A DNA stretch of 63,817 bases, filler included, from Octopus bimaculoides (lineage: Eukaryota), in NCBI RefSeq assembly GCF_001194135.2. It is 5 parts of 4 records of this genome, joined end to end, with 100 filler letters (N's around TTAATTAATTAA, not from the genome) between each part and the next. Parts side by side here need not be neighbours in the genome. Positions count along the whole stretch, not along the records: positions 50,498 to 61,921 come from NC_068983.1; positions 62,022 to 63,817 come from NW_026322711.1; 3 more parts are not named here. One strand, 5' to 3'. The notes below the pieces were generated by a model. The model had not been told where the DNA came from, made no database searches, and worked only from the letters and a program-made list of their open reading frames with translations. The stretch's first letter is position 1. Each line of letters starts with the position of its first letter. Shown here piece by piece: positions 51,047-63,650 of the stretch. Made by a program: the position numbers and the translations under genes.

Positions 51047-51592
51047 NNNNNNNNNNNNNNNNNNNNNNNNNNNNNNNNNNNNNNNNNNNNNNNNNNNNNN
51101 NNNNNNNNNNNNNNNNNNNNNNNNNNNNNNNNNNNNNNNNNNNNNNNNNNNNNNNNNNNNNNNNNNNNNNNNNNNNNNNNNNNNNNNNNNNNNNNNNNNN
51201 NNNNNNNNNNNNNNNNNNNNNNNNNNNNNNNNNNNNNNNNNNNNNNNNNNNNNNNNNNNNNNNNNNNNNNNNNNNNNNNNNNNNNNNNNNNNNNNNNNNN
51301 NNNNNNNNNNNNNNNNNNNNNNNNNNNNNNNNNNNNNNNNNNNNNNNNNNNNNNNNNNNNNNNNNNNNNNNNNNNNNNNNNNNNNNNNNNNNNNNNNNNN
51401 NNNNNNNNNNNNNNNNNNNNNNNNNNNNNNNNNNNNNNNNNNNNNNNNNNNNNNNNNNNNNNAAAATTTGTTCGTACAACGAACACACAAAAAACTCGCC
51501 AAGGAAAGCGAAGATGCAACACCGCTGGACAACAATTTACTAAAAAAATAAATAGAAGCAATAAATTGCTGCCCAGCTGAGCAACAAAAACG

Positions 51593-51750
51593 ACTTACCC
51601 CGGCGAATTCTTCAATCTTTCCTTCTTTAGACAGAGCCGAAACCCATGTCTATCTTCGTTCACAGCAAGTAGCCAGTCTGACGTACATGCGCAGTGAGCA
51701 AAACGGAAGTAAGCAGGCTACTTACCACACAGCCACTTCTGCGCCTATTT
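51593..51750 (-). promoter_or_regulatory. Truncated SINE B head fused to a candidate promoter/5' exon (ETS- and NRF1-like motifs, GG|GTAAGT donor)
   Basis: Minus strand GGCGCAGAAGTGGCTGTGTGGTAAGTAGCCTGCTT|ACTTCCG...ACTGCGCATG...CCGGG|GTAAGT (GT at 51598). Confidence 0.35.
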
Positions 51751-51881
51751 ATGCGTTTATTATTTTTTTTTACTGTCACTTGTAGCTGCTGGGTCTTCTG
51801 TCCTGGATATTGTATTTCAAGCACAACTCGATGAAGCACAACACTCATACTGCTTGGTGGCTTTGCAAATTCAAAGGGATT

Positions 51882-51926
51882 TGTGATATGTGGTCCCATC
51901 GTGACCGTTTGGGACCACATATCACA
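51882..51926. other. Perfect 17-bp hairpin with 11-nt loop
   Basis: TGTGATATGTGGTCCCA / TGGGACCACATATCACA. Confidence 0.9.
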
Positions 51927-53592
51927 GAGAGTTACATTTGCACTGACCACCTGCAATATTATTTCACAGAAGTGATTATTAGGCAGAAGTTGGCGTAGTC
52001 AATGAATCTCTTGACGATGACACTTGTGTTCCTTTTTCCTAAATATTGTGGCACTCGTTTATAGGCAGGGGGATTGCATAGAATTTAGACTGTCACTTTA
52101 ACTGCTAGCTCAGATTGCGTAATAGATAAAACGGAATACAAATGTTTTCTGATTCAAAAGCGAAATCTTTGGAAAGTACACCTATGTTTCTCGCCTTATC
52201 ATCCATCCTTTGTGATGCTGGGTTGTTACAGTCTGGCGCTTGTCTTTTAAAACAAAATGTTTGTTAAAGTCTTTCAGCAAAATGTTCCATGTATAGATTT
52301 ATCATCCATTTCAGAACACTCGTGAATGATGGCATTTTGTCAGTCTTCAAAACAATTTGGCTTGACAGTTACGTGTTTGTACTGTGACGTTTTGTTGTTT
52401 TTAAGGTTGTCTAGCATGTTATTTGTCATGCAATGCCTTTTATTGAAATGATATATTATTGAAACGGTGTATTATTATTAATAAAATGGTATATTTTATC
52501 TATTATAACTCTTTTGTGATGTGTTCATTAATATTATTTTGATAATTTTTTAAGGTAGCTTTTTGGTATTTATCGGTGTAATTCTCTTTGGATTGCTACC
52601 GAAAAATAAGAAACAATTCTTTTTCAAAGTACAATAAAAAAAAAACATGGAGAATTTTTGGAGTAATTTACTTTTAAAATCTGAAGGAATCAAGAAAAGA
52701 AATAATAAAAAAATAATAATTATAAGAATTCTTTTATGTATTCTCTACAAGCGCGTCAAATAAAGGGTACATCACAAAGGCAGATAACAAAAGCGTGGGA
52801 TTGTACATAGAAATCGAATGGAGAAAATTATTGATTTCGTTTTACAATCCTAATTATTTCGAATTGTCAACGACATTTGTTTAGAAATGTGAAGAATTTT
52901 AATTATTAAACTTGTTATCGTTTAGTATCTTCTTTGCCGATATTTAGTTTCCCTATGGTTCTATGGTCAAAGGCGTTTCAGTCCTGATTATATCATATTT
53001 GTACCTCTATAATTGCATTGGTGGTTGTATTCTTCTCCCTTTTATTTTAAAACAGTAGAGTATGATGTGATGGAATTTCTCCAGTGTTTCTAATACTTGG
53101 ATTGAAAGTAAAGAGGCTCTTGAGTTGGCTTGAGCAGACATACATGATTACTAATGAGAGTCCACAATAATTTCACTACATTGACACAGTTTCCGTCAAC
53201 TATTTATAGAGATGCTTTTCATTACTTGCTTCTTGTTATAGTTTAAGGAGAATATTAACATATCCCGATGCATGTGTCTGGGATAACGTATTGGCATTTA
53301 TTACCATATTCAAAATTGATTGTGATAGAAGAGTGCCTAAATATTTATTGAGTAGCATAACAATTTTATTGATTTATTGCGATTCAACCAACACATTATG
53401 AAGTCTGGAAAACATCTGCAATATTAAAATCATGGGATTTTGTGCGAAGCTTTCGGTATTCTATTAATTAAATTTGGTTTGCATCTTTTACTTCAGATTC
53501 ATGAACCTGTTTTACCAGTTTATTATTCGTAGTATCGAGTTAACGAAGGATAGGCATCAATATCCGCTCCTGCTAATCCTGTAGATAACACA

Positions 53593-53646
<54 letters not shown>

Positions 53647-54891
53647 CGTGTGTGAGTGTGTTTTATTGCACGCGCGCGCGTTTATGTACGAGTTTTGCTT
53701 CTGTATTTATCCCATCCTGAATTTACTGTAGGAGAAATTAAGGACTCGTAATATGAACAGTACATTTACGAGTGTAATTGTCAATAGATTCAGTCAGCCC
53801 TTCTTTATCAGTTTACTTTGGTAGACTGTAACGTTAAAAGTTGAACGCATAGCATGATTATACAATTAAACTATATCAAAGGTAAACTTCCTCTTCAAGT
53901 CGGGTAAATTCTTAAGATCTAATCAGTAGCTGCTCCTCTGCAAAGCTCTTCGTATTAAAGGGATTTCCTGATCAGTTGAAAGACGACAGTTACGTCTACC
54001 TCTATTCTATTGTACAGGAATCTCTTCACCATAAGCCCATTAGTGCTTCAAACGTGCTTCAACACTGATACTTCTGAGATAATATTATGTTTAACCCCTT
54101 CTCTTCCTTGAGAATTTCAGCAAATTTTCAGATATGCACGATATAAGAATTTCGTGCTCTTTCCTGAAAACGTGCACAACACATATATTAGGTTTTAATT
54201 GTTAGTCCATTCTATTTGACGCATATCCACTTTCTATCAAATTTGATGGGACTCAGATTGATTCTCCCACAGTCTTCTGTCTGTACAATCACACACACAC
54301 ATAAACACACACACGCGCACGCACACTCACACACGTACACACATTATTGCTTTCTAGCATGAGCTGATTAAGATGATAACACATCTTGATTTCATATCTA
54401 AAACATCCCCCAGTGTATGGATAACAGCGTAGTCTCTTTCAATAGTATCATGACATAGTATTGCGCCAAAGAACAGTTATTCATAAGCATGAGGATAATC
54501 ATCAGACCTATATGATACTAAATCTCAGAAAATGGCTATATTTCATGATTGAACACCATTAAAACTTGATCGATACTTTATTTTCAAAACTGAGTTTCAC
54601 TTCATTGCAAAACACCCATTCAACTCTGATCTGTTTTGGATTCTTATACGGCTCATACGTGACCCATGTTGGAGCATTCTCACATGTCTGGCGCTTTGTT
54701 GCTGCTGAACACAAAATATCCCACACTATATTCATGAAAAAATATCTCAACTGAAGAATAATTCGCAATGAATAACAATTTACGTATCCCTGGACTCGCA
54801 TAGAATTTACAATAATTGCGAACGTGATTTGTCACTCTTTTTCTATCTGTTATTCTTACTTTTCTTCCATTCTCTGATCCTGTGCTGAAGA

Positions 54892-55118
54892 ATTTCTTAT
54901 TTCTTTATTGCCCACAAGGGGCTAAACATAGAGAAGACAAACAGGGGACTAAGTCGATTACATCGACCACAGTGCGAAACTGGTTCTTAATTTATCGACC
55001 CCGAAAGGATGAAAGGAAAAGTCGACCTCGGCGGAATTTGAACTCAGAACGTAGCGGCAGACGAAATCCCGCTAAGCATTTCGCCCAGCGTGCTAACGTT
55101 TCTGCCAGCTCACCGCCT
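54892..55118 (-). mobile_element. SINE family A, near-consensus copy
   Basis: Complete head, B-box, body and tail. Confidence 0.9.
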
Positions 55119-56350
55119 GTACTGAAGAATTTCTGTTAAGCAGAACTGCTTATACTCACGCACTACTAAGATTTTCACAAACGTCATCCACCTAAAGAGA
55201 TAGAGCCAATAGAGAGGTCCTTATATCTCTCAAATCATTATCTTCCAGCTTAAGAAAGACGCATAATGAATGGTGTACATCATGATGCAATGGCTCGAGT
55301 GACAAAATAGGATGGTAACGAGAGTTAATATTGATATTTTCAGGGTTGACTTTGGATTAAACTACAACAGCAATCACCCGAAGAGAAAATATTCCACTAG
55401 TAATGGTGAGTACACTTTCTCCTCCTTCTAAATACTGGAATAAAGTAGTAACAGTTTTCTGTTTCTCTGTAAATTACAAACCAGTTTGGCAGATCCTATC
55501 TCGTTGAATATTTTGGATATTTATTGATCTTTCTGCTCATATTGATTTCATTTTCATTAAGTAAACTTATTTCATATGATTTAATTTCAAATCGCGCATA
55601 AATTGTTATTAACTCGAGAAATATACACAGAATAACCCAATGTTATAATAATGATTCAATTAAACAGGACACTGTAACGAATCGCTTGCGCTGGAAGAGG
55701 ATGACCATCCCTTGAGTGCGTAATAGAATTTTCCTCGTATAGAAATACATCTATCAATCGGAGTTCAAAGTCTGAAACAAGTACTACACGCGATAGCTGT
55801 CGCTATATTCTGGCACGAAAGAGTCAATTATGAAAAAGTACTTATCAGAATATGTCAGGGCGAGTTCGTATTGTCCTGCCATCGGAAATAAAGTTATATT
55901 TCTACTAATGAACGCGATTTGCTATAAAGTTTGGAAATTATAGGTTCGAACAAATGTAGGATTTAAAAAAAAATTGTAAAAGATCAGAGATATTTTAGAG
56001 GCGATAACATTGAATGAAATCGAAATAATTTTTGTTATATCAACTTGCTTTTGTTGATTAGGTCATAAAGATAGCAAAGCATTTTGTCTACCGATACTGA
56101 CAATCCCTCCCCCACCCCCGGGAGACGGAGGCCGTATTCAAGGTAATGTTTAAATGCATCAACTACTGGATGTATAAAAACATCTGCCAACATTACAACT
56201 ATTATGTAATTACGAACCCCTCAAATCAGCTGTCGGACTTGAAATACCATGCCCTCTACCCTTAGTTTTCTGTATTTTTGTACTTCACGGAAATCTCGAT
56301 AAAGATTTTGGAGTGTAAGTTCAAATCCTTTCATCACTAGTACGAGTATA

Positions 56351-56432
<82 letters not shown>
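56351..56432 (+). repeat. (AC)n microsatellite
   Basis: Direct reading. Confidence 0.95.
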
Positions 56433-56437
<5 letters not shown>

Positions 56438-57359
56438 GACCTTTGGAAAGTCACGGCTGTAACGCCATTGCTATTGCCCATTTTTTACTCAATCAACGCT
56501 GATCTCTAGTTAAATAAAACTAGTCCCATCATCATGCGAAATGAGAACACAAGATGATTTTATAAAAGAATCTAATTTTTCAAATAATTAAAAAGAAAGG
56601 CTATTAATTTTGTAACAAGTTCAAACTTTCCATTTTTATAAATTTCCCCAACTGTGTCAAGACTCTTATCACAACATATCTGCTTTTTTTAATTCCAAGG
56701 CTATACATCCCGTAACTTAAACGGCTATATCGGCAGCCTATTATTTTTCTGTGGGATCTTTGTAATTTTTCGTATTTTACAATACCTTCGTTTTCAAGCA
56801 TACTGCACCTTACATGTCCCTCCGAGTTTTAGCATTTGTATACTGTTGTAATAAAACAAGTATAGTGAAATTTTGCTAAGTGTATCTTTTACATTGTCAT
56901 CCACTATCACAGTTACATTTTCTACTTAATTTGTACACACGCACACACACACATACAGATGTATGCGTGCGATGATACAAAATATACTTAACATGATTTT
57001 GTGATATTTACTTACCTTGAGATTTATATTTTGAATTGACTTTGCTTCTTGGCTAATTCTGAAAAACATATCGGGTTTCATGAAGTAGTTGACTTTTAAA
57101 TTATGGTCAAATAGCAAATATATGTCTTAAGATTACTTTTATTTCTAATTAGGTTTGAAACTCGTAGCTATTTACTCAATTTATTGAATCTAATTCAAAT
57201 ACTATTTGCTATGCGCTTTGGAAGTTTACTGTTATCCTGTAACTTTTACTGGTTTCATCGAATAAAACAGCGGATGAAAAATCCTTCTATTTGCTATTTT
57301 TAGTGAAACCTTGTCCCTAGAAAGCATTTGATACATATATGCAAAACAAATATTTTAAT

Positions 57360-57740
57360 CAAACTTTAGGTTAGTTGAAATATATTTTTGATATATTTTA
57401 ACTTCTAAGGGCAAATTAACTGCAGGTACCGTCGAGAAAAATTCTCTCATTGTAAAGGGTGTAAAACCATTGCGAGCGCTACTAAGTTACTGATGTTGAT
57501 TGTTTTAGCTAAAGCTAGGGCTTTGAATCTACTCATGGTTATCTCATTTCGGTATTTCCCATTCAAGAAGGGTAAAGAGCCAGAAACGCGTCTGGGATCT
57601 CCTAGAGGAAAGCACTGGGAAGATATGGTATTTTCACAGCTTTTACCATCGGTGATAATTTTTCTAAATGGTAACTACAGTTAAATTGCCTTTAGAAGTT
57701 AAAATATGACTCAAACATATCTAAACTAACCTATAGTTCG
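57360..57740. mobile_element. MITE with ~90-bp imperfect TIRs
   Basis: 57360-57445 aligns to the reverse complement of 57655-57740 (TAGGTTAGTT...ATATTTTAACTTCTAA.GGCAA.TTAACTG.AG.TACC). Confidence 0.75.
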
Positions 57741-58310
57741 TTTATTCTTCATCTGTGCTGGGGGTTGATACTGTTATATATTTAAGTGTTCTGGTTATAC
57801 CTTTTGTTATACAATTGTTCCAAAAAGTGGTATCAGCGTAAACATAGAATCAACCAACAAAACCTTGTTAGTTTACCTATACGTGTCACGATCTGAACAC
57901 AATTACCGTCCACACAACACCTGAAGAAATCCATTTGCTATAGTCTACCGTCCATTCTAGTTAACTCGATGTCTTAATCAAGAAGACACTAATAGCAGTA
58001 CTCATTAATTATCGTTTTGCACTGCTTACAGTTGTAATGATATTGAAAACATACATAGAAATCACACGAAAGCTTATGCAATCGCTACAAATGCTACGAG
58101 TGATCTTTCATGTCAAGATTCGTAAATATAACATCACCAAAACTGCATTATAAACGCTAGGGTTATTATCAATAGCGGAGAAAAAATCCTCTCCTTATCA
58201 GTAAGTAAAACTCTAGAAAATTCCTAGGAGTCGTACTCTGCTCACATATATATATAGAATGGTGCTGTCACCAGACATAGACAGTTCATAGACAGCATGC
58301 AAAAGATTGC

Positions 58311-58352
58311 TGGCTGATACGTGTTGATGAATGAATTAACACGTATCAGCCA
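58311..58352. other. Perfect 15-bp hairpin with 12-nt loop
   Basis: TGGCTGATACGTGTT / AACACGTATCAGCCA. Confidence 0.9.
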
Positions 58353-59094
58353 TTAGTTCACCAACGAGCAGTTTCCTTGCCTTGTCTCTTCTGTTAATAT
58401 TAAAATGAACTCTACTTATTCCAAGTATCTAACATAACTTTCTAGGCGCCAAACAAAATTCCTCAGAAATCTTAAATTTACAACATTGTATCTGACAGAT
58501 ATAGTCGATAATGTTATATCTAGTAAAAACAACAGCGAAGTAGGAAAACGTCTGAATGTAAATTGTAAATGTCAGTTTCGTTTATGTCACTTATAAGACA
58601 CATTGTTTTATGATATAGATTTAAATCGATTGTTTAAAGGCTGTTTAATTTCGCGTGGAGGATTTTGTCAACAATTTTATCTAATCTAGCTACCTTAATA
58701 TTTCTCAAAATTCTCAGCAAAAGACTTTCCTTATTTTTTACAGATTTTTTAAAGTTAATTTGCTTGTATGTGTTGATTTAATTTCCTATCTAGAACTTGA
58801 AATATTTTTTTCTTATTATTGCATTAAAATCCAATTAATCTGGACATTTAAGAAAAAAATCACTGGGGAAGTAATACTGTGTTATAAAGGCAAACATTTA
58901 ATTTTCAATCAAGTATCTAAGATTGATTATAATGATACAAGTTTATTATAGTTCAGCTGAAACCAGTATATGACATTTTTTTTGTAGTTTAATCTCACCC
59001 AATGCTATGCAGTGATGTTAAATACATTGGGATTTGAAGTCAGAATCTAAAAGGAATTTACTAAATACTGCAAAAACGTTAATCCGACATTAAC

Positions 59095-59872
59095 AATAAT
59101 GATTTCAAATCTTAGCATGAGGCCATCAATTTTCTGGAAGAGAAATAGTTGTTCACATCTACCCCAGTGCTCAACTAGTAATTAACGTATCAGCCATGAT
59201 AGGATGAACAACAAAGTAGAATACTGCGGATTTTGAACTGAGAAGAGATAATGCTATGCAGTTTTACTAACTCGCTAAAGTTTCTGGCAATTCGTTGCCC
59301 TTAACCAGCTCGCCACATTTAACCTTTCATCCTTTCGGGGTCGTAAATTAAGTACCAGTGACCCACCGGAGTCAATGTAATCACATTCTCCCCGCCCTCA
59401 AAATTCAGGACTTGTGCCTACAGTAGAAAGGATTAGTATTATTTTTAAGGCGACGAGCTGGAAAAATCGTTTGCACGCTGGGGGGAATGCTTAGCGGTAT
59501 TTCGTCTGCCGCTACGTTCTGAGTTCAAATTCTACCGAGGTCGACTTTGCCTTTTATCCTTTCGACGTCAATAAGTTAATTACCAGTGAAGCACTGGGGT
59601 CAATGTAATTGACTAATCCTCTCCCGCAAAATTTCAAGGCCTTGTCCCTCCAGTAGAAAGGATTACTAAGGCAGCAAGCTGGCAGAATCGTTAGCACGCC
59701 GGGCAAGATACTTAATGGCATTTCATTCGTCGTTACATTCTAAGTTCAAGTTCCGTCAGGGTCGACTTTGCCATTCAGCCTTTTGGTGTCGATAAAAGTA
59801 GTACCAGTTGAGCACTGGGGGTCAAATTAATCTACTGTCTCCCTTCCCCAAATTTCTGGCCTTGGATTATTA
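59095..59872. mobile_element. Cluster of four SINE family A copies (one minus, three plus)
   Basis: Minus relic 59095-59300, headless copy 59310-59435, and full copies starting at 59449 and 59670. Confidence 0.8.
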
Positions 59873-59902
59873 TTGCCCAAGTGACAAATAAAATAAATTA
59901 TA

Positions 59903-60064
59903 GTTCTATATTTAAGAGATAATAAATTATGTACATTATTTACATTTTAACGGATATTTGTTCTCATCTTGTTTGTTGTTAACACAACGTTTCGGCTGAT
60001 ATACCCTTCAGCCTTCATCAGGTGTTTTGAACCTGGGTTCTCATTCCTAAGGCATTTTTGATGA

Positions 60065-60104
<40 letters not shown>

Positions 60105-60413
60105 GTTGTTGTTATTATTATTATTATTCAGGTCACTGCCTGGAATCGAACTTGGCATCTTAGGGCTAGTAGCCTGCGCTTTTAACCACCCGTGGGCAAT
60201 TATGGTGTGAATTTTAGAGCTTATAAATCTAATACTTTTGTATTTTACCTTAATACCGGTTCCCATATGCTGTTCATATCTGCACTCGGTCTGCTTAGGA
60301 GGTTGTTGTGTCATAGCATATGTGCTGCTTCTTTTAGTTTTCGTATTTTCCAGTGGTGTTCTCTGTCTATTATTTTTTTAAACTTCATCTATTATTTTTG
60401 TTAACTTCATCCC
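59903..60413 (-). mobile_element. PLE endonuclease C-terminus plus tRNA/(AAT)n/hammerhead module (left arm of an inverted pair)
   Basis: IIDREHHWKIRKLKEAAHML matches 38800-38963. Hammerhead 60026-59981 is AACAC-CTGATGA-A-GGCTG...CAGCC-GAAACGTT-GTGTT. The A-box is partly deleted. Confidence 0.9.
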
Positions 60414-60417
60414 ACAG

Positions 60418-60812
60418 GGGATGAAGTTAAATTAAGAGACAGAGAACACCACTGGAAAATATGAAAACTAAAAGAAGCAGCACATATGCTAGGACACAAC
60501 AACCTCCTAAGCAGACCGAGTGCAGATATGAATAGCATATGGGAACCGGTATTAAGGAAGCATAGTAAGATATTAGATTTATAAGCCCTAAAAATTCACT
60601 CCATAATTGCCAATAGGCATATGGCGTAGTGGTTAAGAGCGCGGGCTACTAACACCAAGATTCCGAGTTCGACACCAGGCAGTGATCTGAATAATAATAA
60701 CAGCATCGAATGAGAACCCAGGTTCGAAATTTTCCCACGACAGCTGATGAAGGCTGGAGGGTATGTCAGCTGAAACGTTGTGTTAACAACAAACAAGATG
60801 AGGACAAATATT
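60418..60812 (+). mobile_element. PLE endonuclease C-terminus plus tRNA/(AAT)n/hammerhead module (right arm)
   Basis: Same endonuclease tail. A-box 60622-60632, B-box 60665-60675, hammerhead core 60744-60779 with stem I mismatch (GACAG). Confidence 0.9.
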
Positions 60813-61635
60813 TTACGAGAACCTTCCGGAGTATTCGAGCGGTTTCAAGCAGTGTTGTTTTCTGCATGTGCTTCACCCATATTGTAGCCCCTATTTGTTC
60901 CATGTACTTCACGAGATTTGTACTCTCTGTCTCCAGGGCTCCGATAATTTTTGGTACCACTACCACCTTTTTCATCAACAACTGCTTTACCTCCCAAGCT
61001 AACCTGTTATATCTATCTTCTTTCTTCCTTATCGCATACCCTGTTGTCAGCTGGGAATGCTATATCTATGATCCAACATCGTTTGCATTCTTTCTCAATT
61101 AAGACTATATCCGGGTTCCTATTCTCTTTCTCATGGTCGCACTGAATCATATAATCCCATAAGATCTTTGCATTATCATTTTCAATGATGCCTTCGGCTT
61201 TGTGGTCGTAACAATTTTTTCCTCTGTCAAGTCCATACTTGTTGCAAAGTGTCCAATGGACAAGCCTTTCTATATTGTCGTAACGTCTCTTATATTCTTT
61301 CTGGGCTAGTGGCGTACATTGGCTGGTAATATGCCATACGTTTTCACCGTTTTGTCCACAGACTCTGCACTAATCACTTTCTGATGTGTTGTTTACTCTG
61401 TATTTTATGTAGTTTGTTCTTAGTGCTTGTACTTGGGCAGCACTTATTAGAGCCTCCGTTTCCGGTTTCAAATCACTTTTAGTCATCATTTTCCATAGCC
61501 ATGCTATTCCGTAATTAAGATTTTTGTATCTATCTATTTTTTCGGCTTCCTTCTTGACTATTCGTGTATCAAAGGGGCATGTAACGTCAACTAGATAGCA
61601 TATGTGGTTCACCTTGTCGACCAGCACGAGGTCCG

Positions 61636-61636
<1 letters not shown>
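60813..61636 (-). mobile_element. Two tandem R4/Dong-type fragments (CCHC finger plus REL endonuclease)
   Basis: PDLVLVDK...LVDVTCPFD...KIDRY, joined to KSDLKPETEALISAAQ...CRVCGQNGENVWHITSQC...KILWDY...NPDIVLIEK...IIDIAFPAD...ARILRKVL. The 5' end abuts (AAT)n at 61637-61692. Confidence 0.9.
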
Positions 61637-61691
<55 letters not shown>

Positions 61692-62021
61692 ATATTTTAA
61701 AAAAAGGATTGACGTAACTCTTCACGAAGGTAGATAGTTAAGACGAAGAGTGCGATTTTAGATGTATTATTTTTTGAACGATATTTCGACAGAACGTCAG
61801 TCTTTCTCAAGTTCAAACCAAAAGGTGATTGAAAATTCAAAATTTCAGAAACCAAACGTAAACTATGAACGTGAGTAACCAGCGTCCATACGTTGATAGA
61901 ATGACATCATCAGATATTGTCNNNNNNNNNNNNNNNNNNNNNNNNNNNNNNNNNNNNNNNNNNNNTTAATTAATTAANNNNNNNNNNNNNNNNNNNNNNN
62001 NNNNNNNNNNNNNNNNNNNNN

Positions 62022-62109
62022 ATGGTAATAATGATGATAATGGTGAAGAGGAGGACAACTCTGATGAAGAGGATTATATGATGACGATGATAACTACGAC
62101 GGCTACGAA

Positions 62110-62140
<31 letters not shown>

Positions 62141-63095
62141 GTAAATGACTCTCATCAACATCATCATCCATACCGCTTTTACTAATTTGCCAATAAATTC
62201 TGTCAAAAGCAGCATCTGCAATAACGCTATCACGACCACCACAAATACGACTACCACCACAACCACAACTGGCACCTCTTCGACCATTACACCCCTCCCT
62301 CTCCATCATCACAACCACCTCCTCCTCCACCGCCACAACCACCACCACCACAGCCAACTACACCTTCAATATCATCACAACCGTAATAACCACAACACTT
62401 ACCACAACCACAAAGACAACCACTATCATAACTAACCNNNNNNNNNNACAACAACAACAACAACAACAACCACCGCCATCAAGGCGACCACCATGTCTAT
62501 CACAACGACTACTACAAGCCTCATCACGAGCATTTTTATCATCATCAACAGCAATTGCATTTATACCACTACCACTAATGCTACCAAAGCCATATTCCAG
62601 CTCTTCTTCTTCTTCCTCCTCTGCCTCCTCCTCATCATCCTCGTCCTCATCATCCTCGTCCTCATCATCCTCGTCCTCATCATCCTCGTCCTCATCATCC
62701 TCGTCCTCATCANNNNNNNNNNNNNNNNNNNNNNNNNNNNNNNNNNNNNNNNNNNNNNNNNNNNNNNNNNNNNNNNNNNNNNNNNNNNNNNNNNNNNNNN
62801 NNNNNNNNNNNNNNNNNNNNNNNNNNNNNNNNNNNNNNNNNNNNNNNNNNNNNNNNNNNNNNNNNNNNNNNNNNNNNNNNNNNNNNNNNNNNNNNNNNNN
62901 NNNNNNNNNNNNNNNNNNNNNNNNNNNNNNNNNNNNNNNNNNNNNNNNNNNNNNNNNNNNNNNNNNNNNNNNNNNNNNNNNNNNNNNNNNNNNNNNNNNN
63001 NNNNNNNNNNNNNNNNNNNNNNNNNNNNNNNNNNNNNNNNNNNNNNNNNNNNNNNNNNNNNNNNNNNNNNNNNNNNNNNNNNNNNNNNNNNNNNN

Positions 63096-63130
<35 letters not shown>
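62022..63130. repeat. Mosaic trinucleotide low-complexity region with a 15-bp minisatellite (CATCCTCGTCCTCAT)n at ~62636-62711
   Basis: Direct reading. GAT/CAT/CAC/ACA/CTC runs broken by N gaps. Confidence 0.9.
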
Positions 63131-63609
63131 ACCATACGAACAGCGCTAACATCACCGAAATGCCTAATCAGCTGCATCAGTTGGTATACGACTGCAATTG
63201 TTTCTGTTAGTTCCAATGTTGGGCACCGTCACCTTACTGCAAGCCTGGTCCGTAGCGCTAGCACTGCAGCTTTTGCTGTGCTCTTGCAAAAAAAAAAGAA
63301 ACCAAAAAAAAAAAACCCCCCAAAAAAACAAAAGCTGTTGCAACGACAAGATTTCCGAGACGATAACAAATTCTATTCATCAGCCAGTTATGTGCACTAA
63401 ATATTTGATAAGGAAATGAATCTTAGTTCACATAACCAGCTAACGATCGGAATTGTACTCTAATCTTCTTGCCGGTCTCCTGGATCTAGGGTAGATACAT
63501 AGGTATGTATGAGGGTTGATTAAATAGATAGATAGGATGATAGGTAGATAGATGGATGGTTAGAGACAAAGGGATGGATAGATAAATAGATAGATACACA
63601 TACACGCAC

Positions 63610-63650
<41 letters not shown>

